NCBI GenBank assembly: GCA_040954595.2
Contig: CM082589.2
Location: forward strand, 1,404,009 to 1,468,008
Direction: 5' to 3'
Length of the DNA stretch: 64,000 nucleotides
Source of the DNA: Balanoglossus misakiensis
Taxonomy: Eukaryota; Animalia; Hemichordata
In this document: positions 33,601-46,752 of the stretch, one piece after another
Numbering within the stretch: the first letter of the stretch is position 1
How the letters are laid out: every line of letters begins with the position of its first letter
The notes under the pieces: generated by a model
The model's database searches: none
The model's input: only the letters and a program-made list of their open reading frames with translations
What the model was told of the DNA's origin: nothing
Position numbers and translations under genes: made by a program

Positions 33601-35278
33601 ACAGTGTTTTACAAGCATGCTTCTACAGATACATGATGCATCATGCAATCTGTCTCAGAAAAGCAGATGGCTAAGGACTGGTGTTTCAGAGAGTGATGCA
33701 GAACGTGGCATTTCCACTTGAGAAGTTTCAAATTGCACTGAGCTGATTTGTGCATTTAACAGACAGCAATTTCACTGTGTACCCAGTGTGCATTGGCTTA
33801 ACACAGAGCATTTACGTATGTCATAATGATCAGTCAGTATGTAGTTGTTGTTATTGCCATTGTCAGTCAGCAACTGTTGATGGTAGCGATAGCAACATCA
33901 AAGAAACCGAAAAAAAAAGATACAGAATATGAGAGAAGTATTAGAAGGTGAGCTTAACAAAATGTAAGTCAGAGAAGAGAAGATGATGGACGTTGTCGGG
34001 GGATTACCGTTTGTTCTTTACTGTCCCATCTTTTAAGGACCTGCATATCGGAATACCGTGTGGTTGCCGTGGTGATGATGGCTCATGAGTCTGCTCTGTG
34101 TAAGAGCTGGAGCGTTTTCTCATTGCTTGGTACCGTGCATTGGCATTTGGTGAACTGGGGCTGTGTGATTCATTGGACAATTGTTGGAACAATTTCCGCC
34201 TGTGACTAAGGTTGGCCTGCTCCCCAGCATTAAATGTATTGGCCCTGGTGTAGACAAGCACGGTTATGTCAAAACTGTACAGCACATGTTAGTTAATACC
34301 ATAGTAGCTGTAACTTATTGTGACCCGATGCTAGTTCTTGGCAGAGTATATTTATGGAGGGGTTCGTTGGTTCACATTGGCCAACAATAAAATACTGGCA
34401 GAAGTCAAGAGACGTAATAATGTTTTGGTATTTCAGATTTCATTAGTTACAGCTTCTTTGGTTTTGATTAAAAAAGGAAGACATGGTTAGATTCTTCAAA
34501 ACCAAAATGACTTCAGTCACATAAAGCATCCTGGAATGTTGAGAGAAGATTAAGAAATCAGATGAAATCCTCATGCACACTCTGCATTTCAAACTTTGAC
34601 TAAGTCAACCCACAATACATGCATTGATGTGGTAGACACACACACAATATTACACTTCCAAACAATGTCAGTGATGCTAGACTTTTGTCAAGCATTTTTC
34701 AGCATTGAAATATGATGGAGTGGTAAGCATGATTTGAAACACATTTTAGGTTGTCCACTACAGAATAGCAGACTGTGATCCGTGGACTATCGTCATGGTG
34801 ATATCGTATCATGAAATCATATCATCTCAGGTGTGGTCCCGCCCACTCATTTGCATTTCAAAACATACAACTGGTAATAACAACAAACACATGTAAACAC
34901 AATCAGACAGTCAAGCCTTCCTTGAAATCGCATTGAAATAATGATATTCCACCTGTTTTTCCGCGGTGAAAGGTTCAGTTTGTTTTCTGGAGACGTTTGA
35001 TCAGTGTTTGAGTGAGTCCTTTGCAGTTGTCGTTTAGGAAGTTGTTGACCTTCGCCCTCCGCAGGATCATCATCTGCATCTCCACAATTTCTCACGCTGT
35101 TTTCATCTCCATTACCAGTTGAATCTTCACTTTCTGCCCTGGAAAGTGGTATCTTGTCCTTGGCACCCATCGTCGTTGCTGAGATCGACCCATCGAGGTT
35201 TATGTTCGATAAAAACAGCAATGCATCAGATCTTCGTTTGGAGTTTTTGGCGTTCCGTCGTTTCCCACTCGTCGCCAT
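30639..35278 (-). CDS. CABLES1: CDK5 and ABL1 enzyme substrate (Cables1/2 orthologue, cyclin-like C-terminus), 10 coding exons
   Basis: ATG 35278, MATSGKRR...[16 protein letters not shown]. Exons give [99 protein letters not shown]...[19 protein letters not shown] and [31 protein letters not shown] (TGA 30639-30641). Confidence 0.94.
33175..33243. mobile_element. Truncated copy 3 of the TTAA MITE-like repeat (Cables intron)
   Basis: ttaaacctgtt...gtccaattttaccatagaaacaatgggtttggaccagaccat matches copies 1 and 2. Confidence 0.6.
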
Positions 35279-35627
35279 CTTTTGTGTCAGTCTCGTGAAA
35301 TATCGCGTCGAACGTTGAAGCCTTGAGAGATATTTTTTGTGTGATTTGGTCACGTGTGCTTAATTTTTGGTTCTGAACAGAAAAAATGTAAATATATTTA
35401 AAATATTGTGTTTAAATTCCCCTTTTGTTTAATATTTTAAAAATTCACAAAGTGGAAAAGTGAGTATGTGTCACATGACATGACAGTGTGTTTGTTCGGT
35501 ATATGTGTGAGGACTATCCTTTGGTCTAGCGACTGGTAACGCGTAAAATAACCTAGGTGCTGTTTAATATTGTCTAGTTGTAATGAATTGTCTTTAATGA
35601 ACTTGGTATTTAGAGTTTGGAAAAAGC
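35279..35627. promoter_or_regulatory. Compact bidirectional promoter Cables/Mib1
   Basis: Only 349 bp between divergent ATGs. E-boxes GTCACGTG (~35349) and GTCACATGAC (~35470); YY1-like AAGATGGCG overlaps the Cables start codon. Confidence 0.6.
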
Positions 35628-38600
35628 ATGGAGGCAAACACCACTAGACCAGTGCGAGTTAACATGTTAGAAGGCGTCGGGGCCCGTGTTGTGCGAGGCC
35701 CCGACTGGAAATGGGGGAAGCAAGACGGAGGCGAGGGTCATGTTGGTACGGTGAGGAATTTCGAGTCAGCTGAGGAAGTTGTAGTCGTTTGGGATAACGG
35801 TACTGCTGCGAATTACCGATGCGCTGGTGCTTTTGATCTAAGGACTTATGACAGTGCCCCGACAGGTGAGAATTGCTGTTTACTGCGTTCGCGACTGACC
35901 TTGCAGTTATGTTGTGCTTGTTTGTTTATTTCACAGCTGACCAGGACGGGAGGCCTGTCCGAGTCCAAGTGAGATAAGGGTATGGCGCACTGTGGTCTAG
36001 AACTTCCGGCCAACCTGTGTGTCGTTTCCTCCCTTGAATTTCATTTCTCTTTTTGTGAAATAATAAACAAAGTCACTGAAAAAACATACACAATCGATAA
36101 ACGAAAGTTTCCAAGGTCAGACTGACCCCTTTGAATAGAGAATGACAATGCTTTTTAAAGCACTGTGTTCCTCACTCATGGAGACCTTTAATTCTATTTC
36201 CGCAAACATCAAGGAAAAGGTGTTCACATATGTGGAAATCATCAGTCTTTTACACTAAACAGAATAGGAGAAAAGATTCAGGGTTCCAATGATTAAAAAT
36301 GAGTCTTCTTTTTCAACAATTTGTTTTTAAATATGTCTCGTTTGTTTCACCAGGCATAAAACATGATGGCACTATGTGTGATACCTGTCGTATGCAGCCA
36401 ATTTTTGGAATACGTTGGAAATGTGCAGAGTGCCCAAACTATGATTTATGTTCCGTCTGTTACCATGGTGATAAGCATCACTTGCGTCATAGGTTCTATA
36501 GAATCAGTGTACCCGGAGGTGACAGGTGAGGAGACTTATTTTTGAGATTTTTTCATTTTGTAAATGTTTTAGTTATTATTAGTTATAATTAGTTATATTT
36601 AGTTATAACTTTTCATATTTCATTGCACACTTGAAACACTTGCAGAGTACCCCTGGAGCCCAGAAGGAAAAGTAAGAAGATCACGGCTCGTGGGATCTTT
36701 CCTGGTGCCAGAGTTGTACGTGGTGTTGACTGGCAGTGGGAAGATCAGGATGGTGGGAATGGCCGGCGCGGAAAAATTACGGAAATCCAAGACTGGAGTG
36801 CAGCCAGTCCACGGAGTGCGGCTTATGTCATCTGGGATAATTGTGCAAAGAACTTGTATAGAGTGGGATTCGAGGGAATGGTGAGTGGAAAGATTTCAAA
36901 TACTTACCAGAATAACTGTACACATGGTTCATATACTTGTTGGAAAATCCTGGCATTTGAATCTGCTCCTGGAAACTGGAAAGACCTGAAGGTCTGGAAA
37001 AAAATCAAAATTACTATGTGTCTGTGTCCAGTTGATTTCGTGTAAACAACATTAGCTCATTAACTGCTCTATCAGAAATTACTGGGGAGGACACTTATAT
37101 TGCTGTGTATATTAGCAAATGCAGATTAAATTTCAGGTACTGAAATTTTCTTTTTTGTTTCAGTCTGATTTGAAAGTTGTGAATGATGCCAAAGGAGGAA
37201 CTTTCTACAGGGATCATCTCCCAGTTCTTGGTAAGTTGACAGAAATAAAAAAAATGATGAGATGTAATTTGTATAATGTTTTGATGTTGGTTTCAATATT
37301 CTAAATGCATTCTTTCTCCCACAATTTCAGGCGAGCAGACTTCTGGGGGCCGGGCTGGACCAGGTGGACTGGCCATAGGTGATCAGGTCAACGTGGATTT
37401 GGACTTGGAGATTGTCCAGTCATTACAGCATGGTCATGGTGGATGGACAGATGGCATGTATGAAGTATGTATTCAGTTATAATCTTATCACCCCTACTGT
37501 TCTTGGTTGTGGGTCCACATGGTCAGTGAAATCAATAAGGTGAAGCCACAGTGTTGTGGTTATGGGGAGTAATTCACCTTCAGGGTAACTCATAAACTGA
37601 CAAAATCACACGAAGGCAAACTAATCAATAACTAAGAAGTGAAATGGTACAGAAAAACACCAGGGTAGATGCTGAAAATGAAAACCATGCAGAAAAAAAA
37701 ACAGAACCAAAAACAAAACTGAAGAAACAAGTGAAAGGAAAATTTACCTTGCACTGACAAAATGGTGGATGTGGAAATGGTGGGGAAAAAACAGCAACAT
37801 GGGAGATGCACTTTGACCTTGGCACCTTGGAAGGAGCTAGAAACTTTCACTGTTGTCAGGATGAAGTCCTGGGTTCAAGTGTGGAGAAAGTTATGCAGTT
37901 GGGCCCTCTAGGTAGATGGTCAGCGGTCAGGGTGCTAACAAAATGGGTACCCTAGTATAGTGGGAAAAACTGACAATGAACCATAATGGGTGTCAAAACC
38001 ATCTCTATTGTTTAGACTGTCAGGTGTTGATGTGTCAGAAATGGTGATACTTTTGGTCTTTTGTTGGTGTTGTGGGCCACTTGTGGATGACTGTGGCTTG
38101 ATTGGTTGAAATGTTCTGAGATGGGAGTTAGTGTGTGACTGTGGATAGTGCAAATGTGTTTATCAGTGCAGGGTTTTTAGATCTAGTTTAGTTTTGCCAC
38201 TAAACTGCCTATGACATCAGTGACAAGTGATGATGTAAATGAAGTTGCCTGCGCATGTTAATTTACCAATAAACTTGTGTGTTGTAGCAGTGCAGTGCTA
38301 GTCAGTGCATTGGTTTCACTGATAAAGACCCACTGATTGCTGTAGCTGCAAACCATATCCAGTTTGACCAAGTGTTGCAATGAGATGATTTCTTTGCTAC
38401 TTTCCAACTTACAAATCACAAACCAGACCCGGAAATGAAATAAACAAAATACAAATAGACAAAACATTGTCTTCTACAACCCATATTAATTCTGATACTT
38501 GTATGAAATAAAGGGAGATTTTGTTATTCATTATAATTTTAAAAATATGTACAGTGGTAGTCACACGCACACATACACACACACACACACACACACAAGA

Positions 38601-39626
38601 TGATTGATAAAAATAATGAAGTTTGAAAGCTGTCTGTTTCACCACTTGGTGGCGCTATATTATATAAGGCTGCTGACAATTCATAAATTTAATCATAGCA
38701 TTTCTCGCAAACTTTTAAAAATAAAATATAGGAAAATACATTTAGTGCCCACACACCCCGCACCCAACATCAAAACATTTATTATTCTCATCAGATGTTT
38801 TATTTTATATTCACAGAGTCTTGGAACAACAGGTACAGTTGTTGGCATTGATGAAGATCATGATATTGTCGTCTCCTATCCAAGTGGTAACAGGTAAGAA
38901 TTGAGCTTTTTATTCTTTGCAAAGAAAACCTGATTTATTTAACAAACCTTGGAATAGACACATGAAAAATTAGCTGCAGTTTGGCCAACTCCTTAAAATG
39001 AACAAAATATTGTGTAAACAAGATACAAGTTTTCGTTCCTTCATTTCAGATGGACTTTTAATCCAGCAGTGCTGACCAAAGTCCGAACGAATAACAGCTC
39101 ATCAACTCTAGCCAGTGAGAACTCGTCCAGTACAACATTTCAAGTTGGTGATTTAGTGCAAATTTGCAGCGATTTGGAAAGAATTAAAGTTTTGCAACGT
39201 GGCCATGGTGAATGGGCAGAAGCTATGCTTCCTGTAAGTTTATAATTTTGCTTGAAGAGTTTCATTGTTGTTCCTGAAATGTCGAATTTCTTGTATGTAA
39301 AACTTCGTGTTCGGTTTCAAATGTCCAGTTGCTGAGTAACATGGCTCATCATATGATTGTCCAGCCGTTGTTTAAAACAATCAAAACTGATTCTTTAAAC
39401 TGTTCTGTTCACATTATTGTCCAGACTCTTGGCAAAATTGGAAGAGTACAACAAATCTACCATGATAATGATTTAAAAGTAGAAGTTTGTGGGACATCGT
39501 GGACTTACAACCCTGCAGCTGTGACGAAAGTGGCGTCAGATGGAACTGCTCTTGGAAGCTCCTCAGGTATGTTGTCAAACTTTATCTACAACTTTCTTAG
39601 CACACACTCTCAATATATAGACAGAT

Positions 39627-39675
<49 letters not shown>

Positions 39676-40981
39676 CTCTCTCTCTCTGACTATAACGTTG
39701 AAGAGAGCATTTTACAGAGACCACTGTTTATCTTGTTTCTCTTTCCACAGAGCGTCTGTCAGCCCTGCTGAAAAAATTGTTTGAAACCCATGTATCTGGC
39801 GACGTGAATGAAGAACTGGTGAAAGCATCGGCGAATGGTGATGCTGCGAAGATTGAAGAGATTCTAAGCAGACCAGATGCTGATGTATGTCATTTGTTTC
39901 ATCCAGAATATTGTAGCACCACTGTCCAGTAACTCTATAGAATGTCATAGATAGTGGCCACGCAACAGAAGCATAATAGAACAGTTTTCTATACTGATCT
40001 TCTTTATAGTACTATGGCCCTGATTGCATATCTTCATCGTGCAGATATTATACCGAGTTTATTTCATCTACATATACATAATTTTGGAAATATATATTAA
40101 GTGGTAACATTCTGCTAATGTTTTTCAACTTTTTATTGCATTATGTCTTTTCAGGTGAATGGAATATTTGCTGGTCACACGGCCTTGCAGGCAGCTAGTC
40201 AAAATGGACATATTGATGTGGTCAAGATACTGATTAGAAATAGTGTGGATTTGGAAATGGAGGTAAGCTAACAACAGTATACAAGACAGGCAGAGGAAGA
40301 CAGACAGTCATACAGACAGAAAGATGGACAGAGAAAGAGAGAGACAAATTGATTGACAGATAGAAATTGGAGTGTAAGGGTTAAGAGATGACACTTTAAT
40401 GTAAATTTCAGGATAAAGATGGCGACCGAGCAGTCCATCACGCTGCGTTTGGTGATGAAGCTGGTGTGATAGAACTTCTGCATCGAGCTGGTTCTGACTT
40501 GAATGCACGTAATAAACGACGACAGACTGCATTGCATATTGGCGTCAATAAAGGACATATCGGTGTAGTGAAGACACTTATTGATCTCGGATGTCATCCA
40601 AGTTTACAGGTTTGTGTTATTGTTCTATAATCATCACCCTCTTTCCAGCAAAATGGACAAGTCTCACAACATATCGAAACAGTCTGTTTTTGGGGTGACT
40701 CATAGTCCCTCGGGTTATAGACGTATGCTGTTGCCCTCATGGCCAGTCAATATGTGCGTAATATTGCCTTCGCTATCTTTATTTAACTGATTTGCACATT
40801 TCATCCGACCCATCTGTTCTGCTTTCCAGGACTCCGAAGGTGACACGCCTCTGCATGATGCCATCAGCAAGAAGAGAGACGACATGTTGACATTGCTGTT
40901 GGAACACAACGCGGACATCTGTATTGCCAATAATAATGGTTTCAATGCCCTGCACCATGCTGCGTTGCGAGGCAATCCTAG
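35628..40981 (+). CDS. MIB1: E3 ubiquitin ligase Mind bomb 1, exons 1-12 (MIB/HERC2, ZZ, REP, first ankyrin repeats); remainder beyond window
   Basis: Exons 35628-35865, 36354-36525, 36646-36880, 37164-37230, 37331-37464, 38817-38893, 39050-39233, 39425-39566, 39751-39884, 40155-40262, 40412-40609, 40830-40981. Motifs [22 protein letters not shown] finger CDTC...[14 protein letters not shown], ankyrins ending [15 protein letters not shown]. Confidence 0.97.
38562..38597. repeat. (CA)n microsatellite
   Basis: Imperfect CA tract in Mib1 intron 5. Confidence 0.9.
39630..39687. repeat. (CA)n(CT)n compound microsatellite
   Basis: Read directly in Mib1 intron 8. Confidence 0.9.
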
Positions 40982-42889
40982 GTATGCGTGAGTCGATAAG
41001 TTCTGAACATAGTTTCCTTTTTTTCACTAACGAGAGCAAACTAAACCTCAGCATTCTCAATAATTGGCGTAACCATCTAGTAACTATTTGGGCCAATTAT
41101 TGAGGAGAAGGAGTTACCAAATTGTCCAATAAGTGTATATGAGAAGTGAGAGCAAACTTACCCCTCCACCCTGCCTTTACCAGTAATTTGGTATGATCCA
41201 CCATGAGTATCAGTGATGGGTCAGTCCATTTTACCTGATGAAGGTAGGGGTATCGATTGCACTGTACAGTCACCCATACTGTCAGTGTAACTTAACATTG
41301 TACTGGTTGATTATATTTCATTCATGGATGGATTGTGTAGAAATAAACTTTGTTTCAGGAATTTTGAAAGGTAAGTGCGCGTGGTATACTTTTCGTCTGG
41401 AAAGTTGTCCATGAGCCGTTCCTCTGAAGAGAATGTGCAGCCTGTGTGGTTGTGAAGGACTGGGATGTTTTATGTTGTGGGTTATTTTATCATCATAATC
41501 AACATTTACATGCCGACTATGTGAATTATCTGGTAAGTTCCCCTTACGTGTACAAGTGAGGTAAGTCATGTCGTCATCCTTTGCCACATCTGTGTTTGTT
41601 GAAAGATCATGTTGAGGGCAGTCTTCATGGTTCTGCACTCACACATACACCCGCGCAGAAATTGCCGACATCTGTGATTGATCGAGGACTCATGAATGCC
41701 AAACGAGGGCAGTCTTCGCCGCTGTTCAGTTTTATTGAAAAATTATGGGGCAATCTCGTCTCTTTAACTTTCCAGCAGGGTTTCTGACTATAGGTTGCAA
41801 GGACAAATTTTATGACTGTGAGGGCAGTCGTCATGGTGGCCTAGTAATTCTCAGCGGGAGTAATTTAATGCCATAGATAATCATTAATATACAACATGAC
41901 CTTTTCAGTCAGCTAGAGTGATTCATAGCAGTGGACATACCAGAGCAGGTCATGCCAGTTTGACAAAAACGACAATTTACAGTGCTATATGAAATTCTGG
42001 TGACTTGATAAAATGTTAAATAGGCCTATTTCAGATTTTTATGAGCAACGGGGGTCAAAGTAGACTTGGGGGTAAAGTATAAAAGGGAAATTATTATAAC
42101 AATTGGAATGTTGAACTTTGTGCTGTACCATGACTTGAAAGTTCTTGTCTATCTCTGATTGTTCTAGAAACTTTTGTCTTTGATTGAAAAATAATTTGTG
42201 CACTGTATAACTCATATTTTGAAAAGAAAAAAAATGATTTGTGATTACTGTTGGTATAAAGGGATTGAATATTGAAAAAGGGTGAATGTTGTATAAAACG
42301 CTGAACGATGTGTGATGTCATTCCAACCAAACACCAAGATGTAAAGTCACACACGGATTATGAAAGTGGCCAATTGCTGATGGCCAATCACAGAAGACTG
42401 TTGTCTTTATTTCTCTGTCTTACATAAGCACAATATCACAGCTGAGGGCTGTTTCATATTAAAACATAAATCTTATGTGGTAATTAAAATCATAAAGAAA
42501 GATGTTATTAGATTGTTTTTGAGACAAACGCAAACAATGGTAAATTGGTATATTTGTATGCAGGAATCATATCATCTTGACAGTCCTAGAATGTTGATCA
42601 CTTCTGGAAATCCTGGAAAAATATGTATATCCTGAGAAATTCTTGGAAAATTAATATCATAAAGAGCTCAGCACTTGGGGGAAGGACAACTCATTTAGAT
42701 CAGCAATTTATTTTCTGTCTGCAGTTGCAGAGTAAACACTTATATGGTTTGCAAGTTCAATCTCAGTCTTCTCTGTGTGTGTCTGTCTTTGTTGATGGTT
42801 CAGCACCTTAATCTTGCTTCGAGTCCACTGTTGTCTTCTTCCAGTCCAGCACGACCCACAAATTCACTCTTTTCCACCATTGATGTATT

Positions 42890-42976
42890 CAATAGCATGC
42901 TACAGCTGGTTGAAGGGGACCAAATCCATTCATAGGTATGATTTGGTTCCGATTTACCAGCTTTAGCACAGCATTG
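42890..42976 (-). ncRNA. mir-133: microRNA mir-133 hairpin (mature 3p at 42903-42924), antisense within Mib1 intron 12
   Basis: Minus strand reads caatgctgtgctaa AGCTGGTAAATCGGAACCAAAT catacctatgaatgga TTTGGTCCCCTTCAACCAGCTG tagcatgctattg. It has the exact miR-133-3p, a complementary 5p arm (42941-42962), a paired lower stem and a CNNC motif (CAUC) ~17 nt downstream. Confidence 0.98.
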
Positions 42977-45900
42977 TAATTTTCAAGACTTGTTCATCTT
43001 CATCAGTCCCGTGAGTTCTGCATATTGGGTGAAAAGAGGACAGTTTGGATGTGCATTGTTAGCTCTGTATTAAAATTGGATAAAAAAGAATAGTGGAATA
43101 GGAGTAAAGGGGTGTGACGTCCACCCACAATGCTTCAAAACTGACGTGACTTGTAGCATGACATTTTGACGAGCGAGTTAAACAGCCCTGTTAAGTACAA
43201 CACCATGAAGTGACAGTGGCAGTGTTTGGACTGTGTCTGATGTAATCCCTGATTTCCGTCATCCGGAATACTTGGCAAACTCAATCTGTCATCCGGAACA
43301 GCAAATCCCAATTCCCAAAAGAGATGTTGCAGCATAGCTTTATTATTGACCTCTGACCTCCAACTGACCGTGACACACCCGGCCGTAAATGTCCAGTTTA
43401 ATGGACATTGTGATGTACGTGTCGCTGTTACCAGATATTTCCATTTCCTAACAGAAAATATTAAGGTGATTCTGAGGCTGTTGTAAAGAGTGACAAGTTC
43501 AGTACATGTATCTGCTTGTCGATATCAAGGTGGATTTCTTATGCTTCATGCTATTTCAAATGATAAACTTGATGAACAGACAGTCAGTGCTTAAATGATA
43601 AACTTGGTTTAATTAAAGTTTTCGTCCCAGAAAGAGTTCATCTTGAGCCATGTTAATCACAATATACATCAAATTTGTTAGTTTAAGTCAAATTTTAAAA
43701 TTTGCAACCCAACTCATATCTGGGGTTCACAACTCATAACTCGTGCGAATGCCTGTCTGGTCGATCAGATGCCTATAAAATGTTATCCACACTAAGATGA
43801 AATATATTGCAAATATAATACCTCAAGAAATGGGTGTCAATTGTACAAATATTGAACAGTATGTTTTGGTCATGCATACCGTCACGATAAAACAAATTGC
43901 CTGAAATTTATAGATAGCAGTAACTAGATATGAAAAAGTGAATGCATAGCTCATATCAAACAAATCTACGTACTGTATTAAAGCATGTAAAGGGTTCCAG
44001 TTTGTTTTTGATGCAAATTTGGTATATTTTTCTCACAAGTAATTTTTTCAATCAATATACATATCGGTGATAAAGTTCTATGTTGTGTTTTGCATTTTTT
44101 TGATTTCGTGCATACTTAAGTTGGCACATCAACATACCAGAGTCTGTGTGGGACGACTCATAACAACTTTCAAGAGAACTATTAGGCTAATATCAGACAG
44201 AAAATAACGTCAGGATTTTATAGCTGTAGAAATTCTTCCATTACATGTCGTTAAAATTTTCAAAAATTGTTAAAATTTCTTTTTCATTTTTTGGTTGCTT
44301 TTTCTCTGTTGGATGGATGATATTAGGGAGAGTTTCTCTTGCACCTGCTGTCGTACTTTTTCAATACAGTCAGTTTTGAAATGCGGGAAATTCCAAGTGA
44401 GGGCCTCTCGATCGATGCAGGGTCCAGGGATAGCCTCTGCAGAGTGCAGCTCACATAGTTGCAGCAGAAGGCAGCAAATTTTACGACATCACCCGTGTCC
44501 TGCCAAGGTTGCCATCTGCCCTGACATACATCATTCATTTCGAAAGAATTTTGTGAAAATTGAAAAGACTTACTTTGGTGACCCTGTTTTAAGGGAAAAG
44601 TTCCTGTTCTGTTACCCCATAAAAAAGCATAATTGGACACACTTTCTGACAAATAATTTAGTTTGAAGATCTTCAGCAATGCATTAAATGGTTTGAAAAT
44701 CTTTAGCAAAGAATCACATGGTTACAGAAATGTCGAAAGTGTTAGAATTGACGGTGAAATTATATTTAGGATTGATAAAATTAGACTGAAGTGGGTTTCG
44801 GTGTTATATTAAATCGAGACATGTCAAAATGATGCCATCATTTGATAAAAAAATGTCAGTGCTTTAACCTCTGTTATATATGGCATGATTATTGACTGAG
44901 TACGTTAGTTGTAATATAGCTGTAGAGATCTTTCCCAATTGAATTGGTGGTAATGTGTCAACAATTACGGAGAGAAATCCAAGTTGATCTAAAATAACTC
45001 CACAAGGATGATCAGTTAATAGAGTGACAAACGCGTTAAGTCACAAAGTTAAATGTTAATTTTTACAGAAAATTGAAGTGTTAGGAAAGCTTGTTTGTAA
45101 TTCTGTTTTCGATTATGATGTGAGTGGGAGTAGTACAGAAACTTAAGAACTATTTTAGAAGGCCAAATGCATTTTTATGACTTGAAAGTGAAAATAATCA
45201 GATGGCTAAATCTAGGATATCGGAAAGCGTGAGAATTGTTTTCAGATGAAAAGCTATGATTGTTTTGATAGCGACTTGAAAATACAATACCTGTTTCATA
45301 ACGGCTGTCTGGAAAAATGATGAGACACCCTGAGTCACTTTATAGAGACTAGGAATGACACATACTTGTGAACAAGCAACTTTTCACCTCTTCGGATGAG
45401 CAATATTTATGGTAGCGACACATGTACACCGAGGAAAAGCAGAGCTGTGACATACATGCATATGTATGTAGGCAGAGATTTGACCAGTAATTTGATCAGA
45501 AGGTCATTCGGAGATCAGGTGGTAGTAAAAGGCAAGGATCCGTTGTATTGCCTGTCAATCTGACGTCCACATACTGAGAATCAGCAAGAAAAAATAAAGT
45601 AAAACAAAAATCAGTTACCTCGTTCTGTGCACTTGACTTGCTCTTAACTCCACTTGAGAGCGACCGACAATGTCGGAACTCAAACGTCGATACCATCGGT
45701 GCTGCGATATATTAAACTGAAGAGTTACCAGTGTCACAGTTGATATGACATTGAAATAATAGAGAGAGCTTATATATCAGGGAGACCATACTCTCAGACA
45801 ACACAGAACAAACTGGGATTGGTCAGGGTAAAAACCACTGATACTGGGGTAACAATATATATACTTATACGTTGACTCCATAAGTCGGTGAAATATCATC

Positions 45901-46652
45901 TGTATATCTCCATCTATCTCTAGGTGGCATCTTCCTAATGAGTGTGCCAAGTCAGCTGATGTAACTATTTTGGTATCGCTAACAACCAGGATTTGTTTTC
46001 GAAAATGGAAATAAATGTTGTGCTTGTTCATTGTAGTGATCACAGAAGGAATGAACCCAGTGAGTCATGAAATCAATTATAATTTGACTGTTTCGACTTA
46101 ACACAGTGGGTATGACACACAACACAAGGTTGTGTTGATACCAGATCTGATTTCAGAAGATTCCCCAAGAACGGTACTAATGACGGCCGAGTTAGGGTGT
46201 CAGTGTCTATGCAAGTGCTTTAGCCCCGGCAGACTGGGGGAATGATAACTATGCAAGACAGGCTAACAATGTCAAAAATGATAGCCATCCCAAACATTGC
46301 GGCTATGCTTGGTTTTAATTTATTACTTACTGACCAAAACCTGCCCTTCCTTTTCTGTGAAAATGCAAATCTTTCAACAGAGTTTGCTTGAATTTGAATT
46401 TGGCAAACAAATTTAATGATAAAATGTGTATTTTTCCTCAGTTTAATGACTTATTTCACCCCAAATTTCTGTACTTGAAATCTCCTCATGCAGGGGACGG
46501 AACTGAACTCTTTCCAGAAGTTACTTTTCTCAGTCCAGCTGATGGGAAAGGTCAGGGTTAGCGGTCAGGGGTTACCTCTATGATATCAGGATAAAGTTCT
46601 TGGAATGTAGCAGTGCACATGTCCCCTTTATTTGTAGAAAGACCAAGACAAC

Positions 46653-46752
46653 TGTGTGTGTGTGTGTGTGCGCGCGTGCGTACGTGTGTAAAAGCATGCT
46701 TTGTACATTTCTATCTGTGTGTGTGTGTATGTGTGTGTGTGTATGTATGTAT
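46653..46752. repeat. (TG)n-rich imperfect microsatellite
   Basis: Two TG tracts read directly. Confidence 0.85.

Noticed and set aside
37640-37950. Purine-rich, coding-looking stretch in Mib1 intron 5
   Set aside because: Stop codons break it into short frames, and there is no recognisable domain or fitting splice pair.
44295-44709. Overlapping 123-aa and 128-aa ORFs in the large intron
   Set aside because: No domain signature, non-ATG starts, and both strands open; likely chance or repeat-derived.
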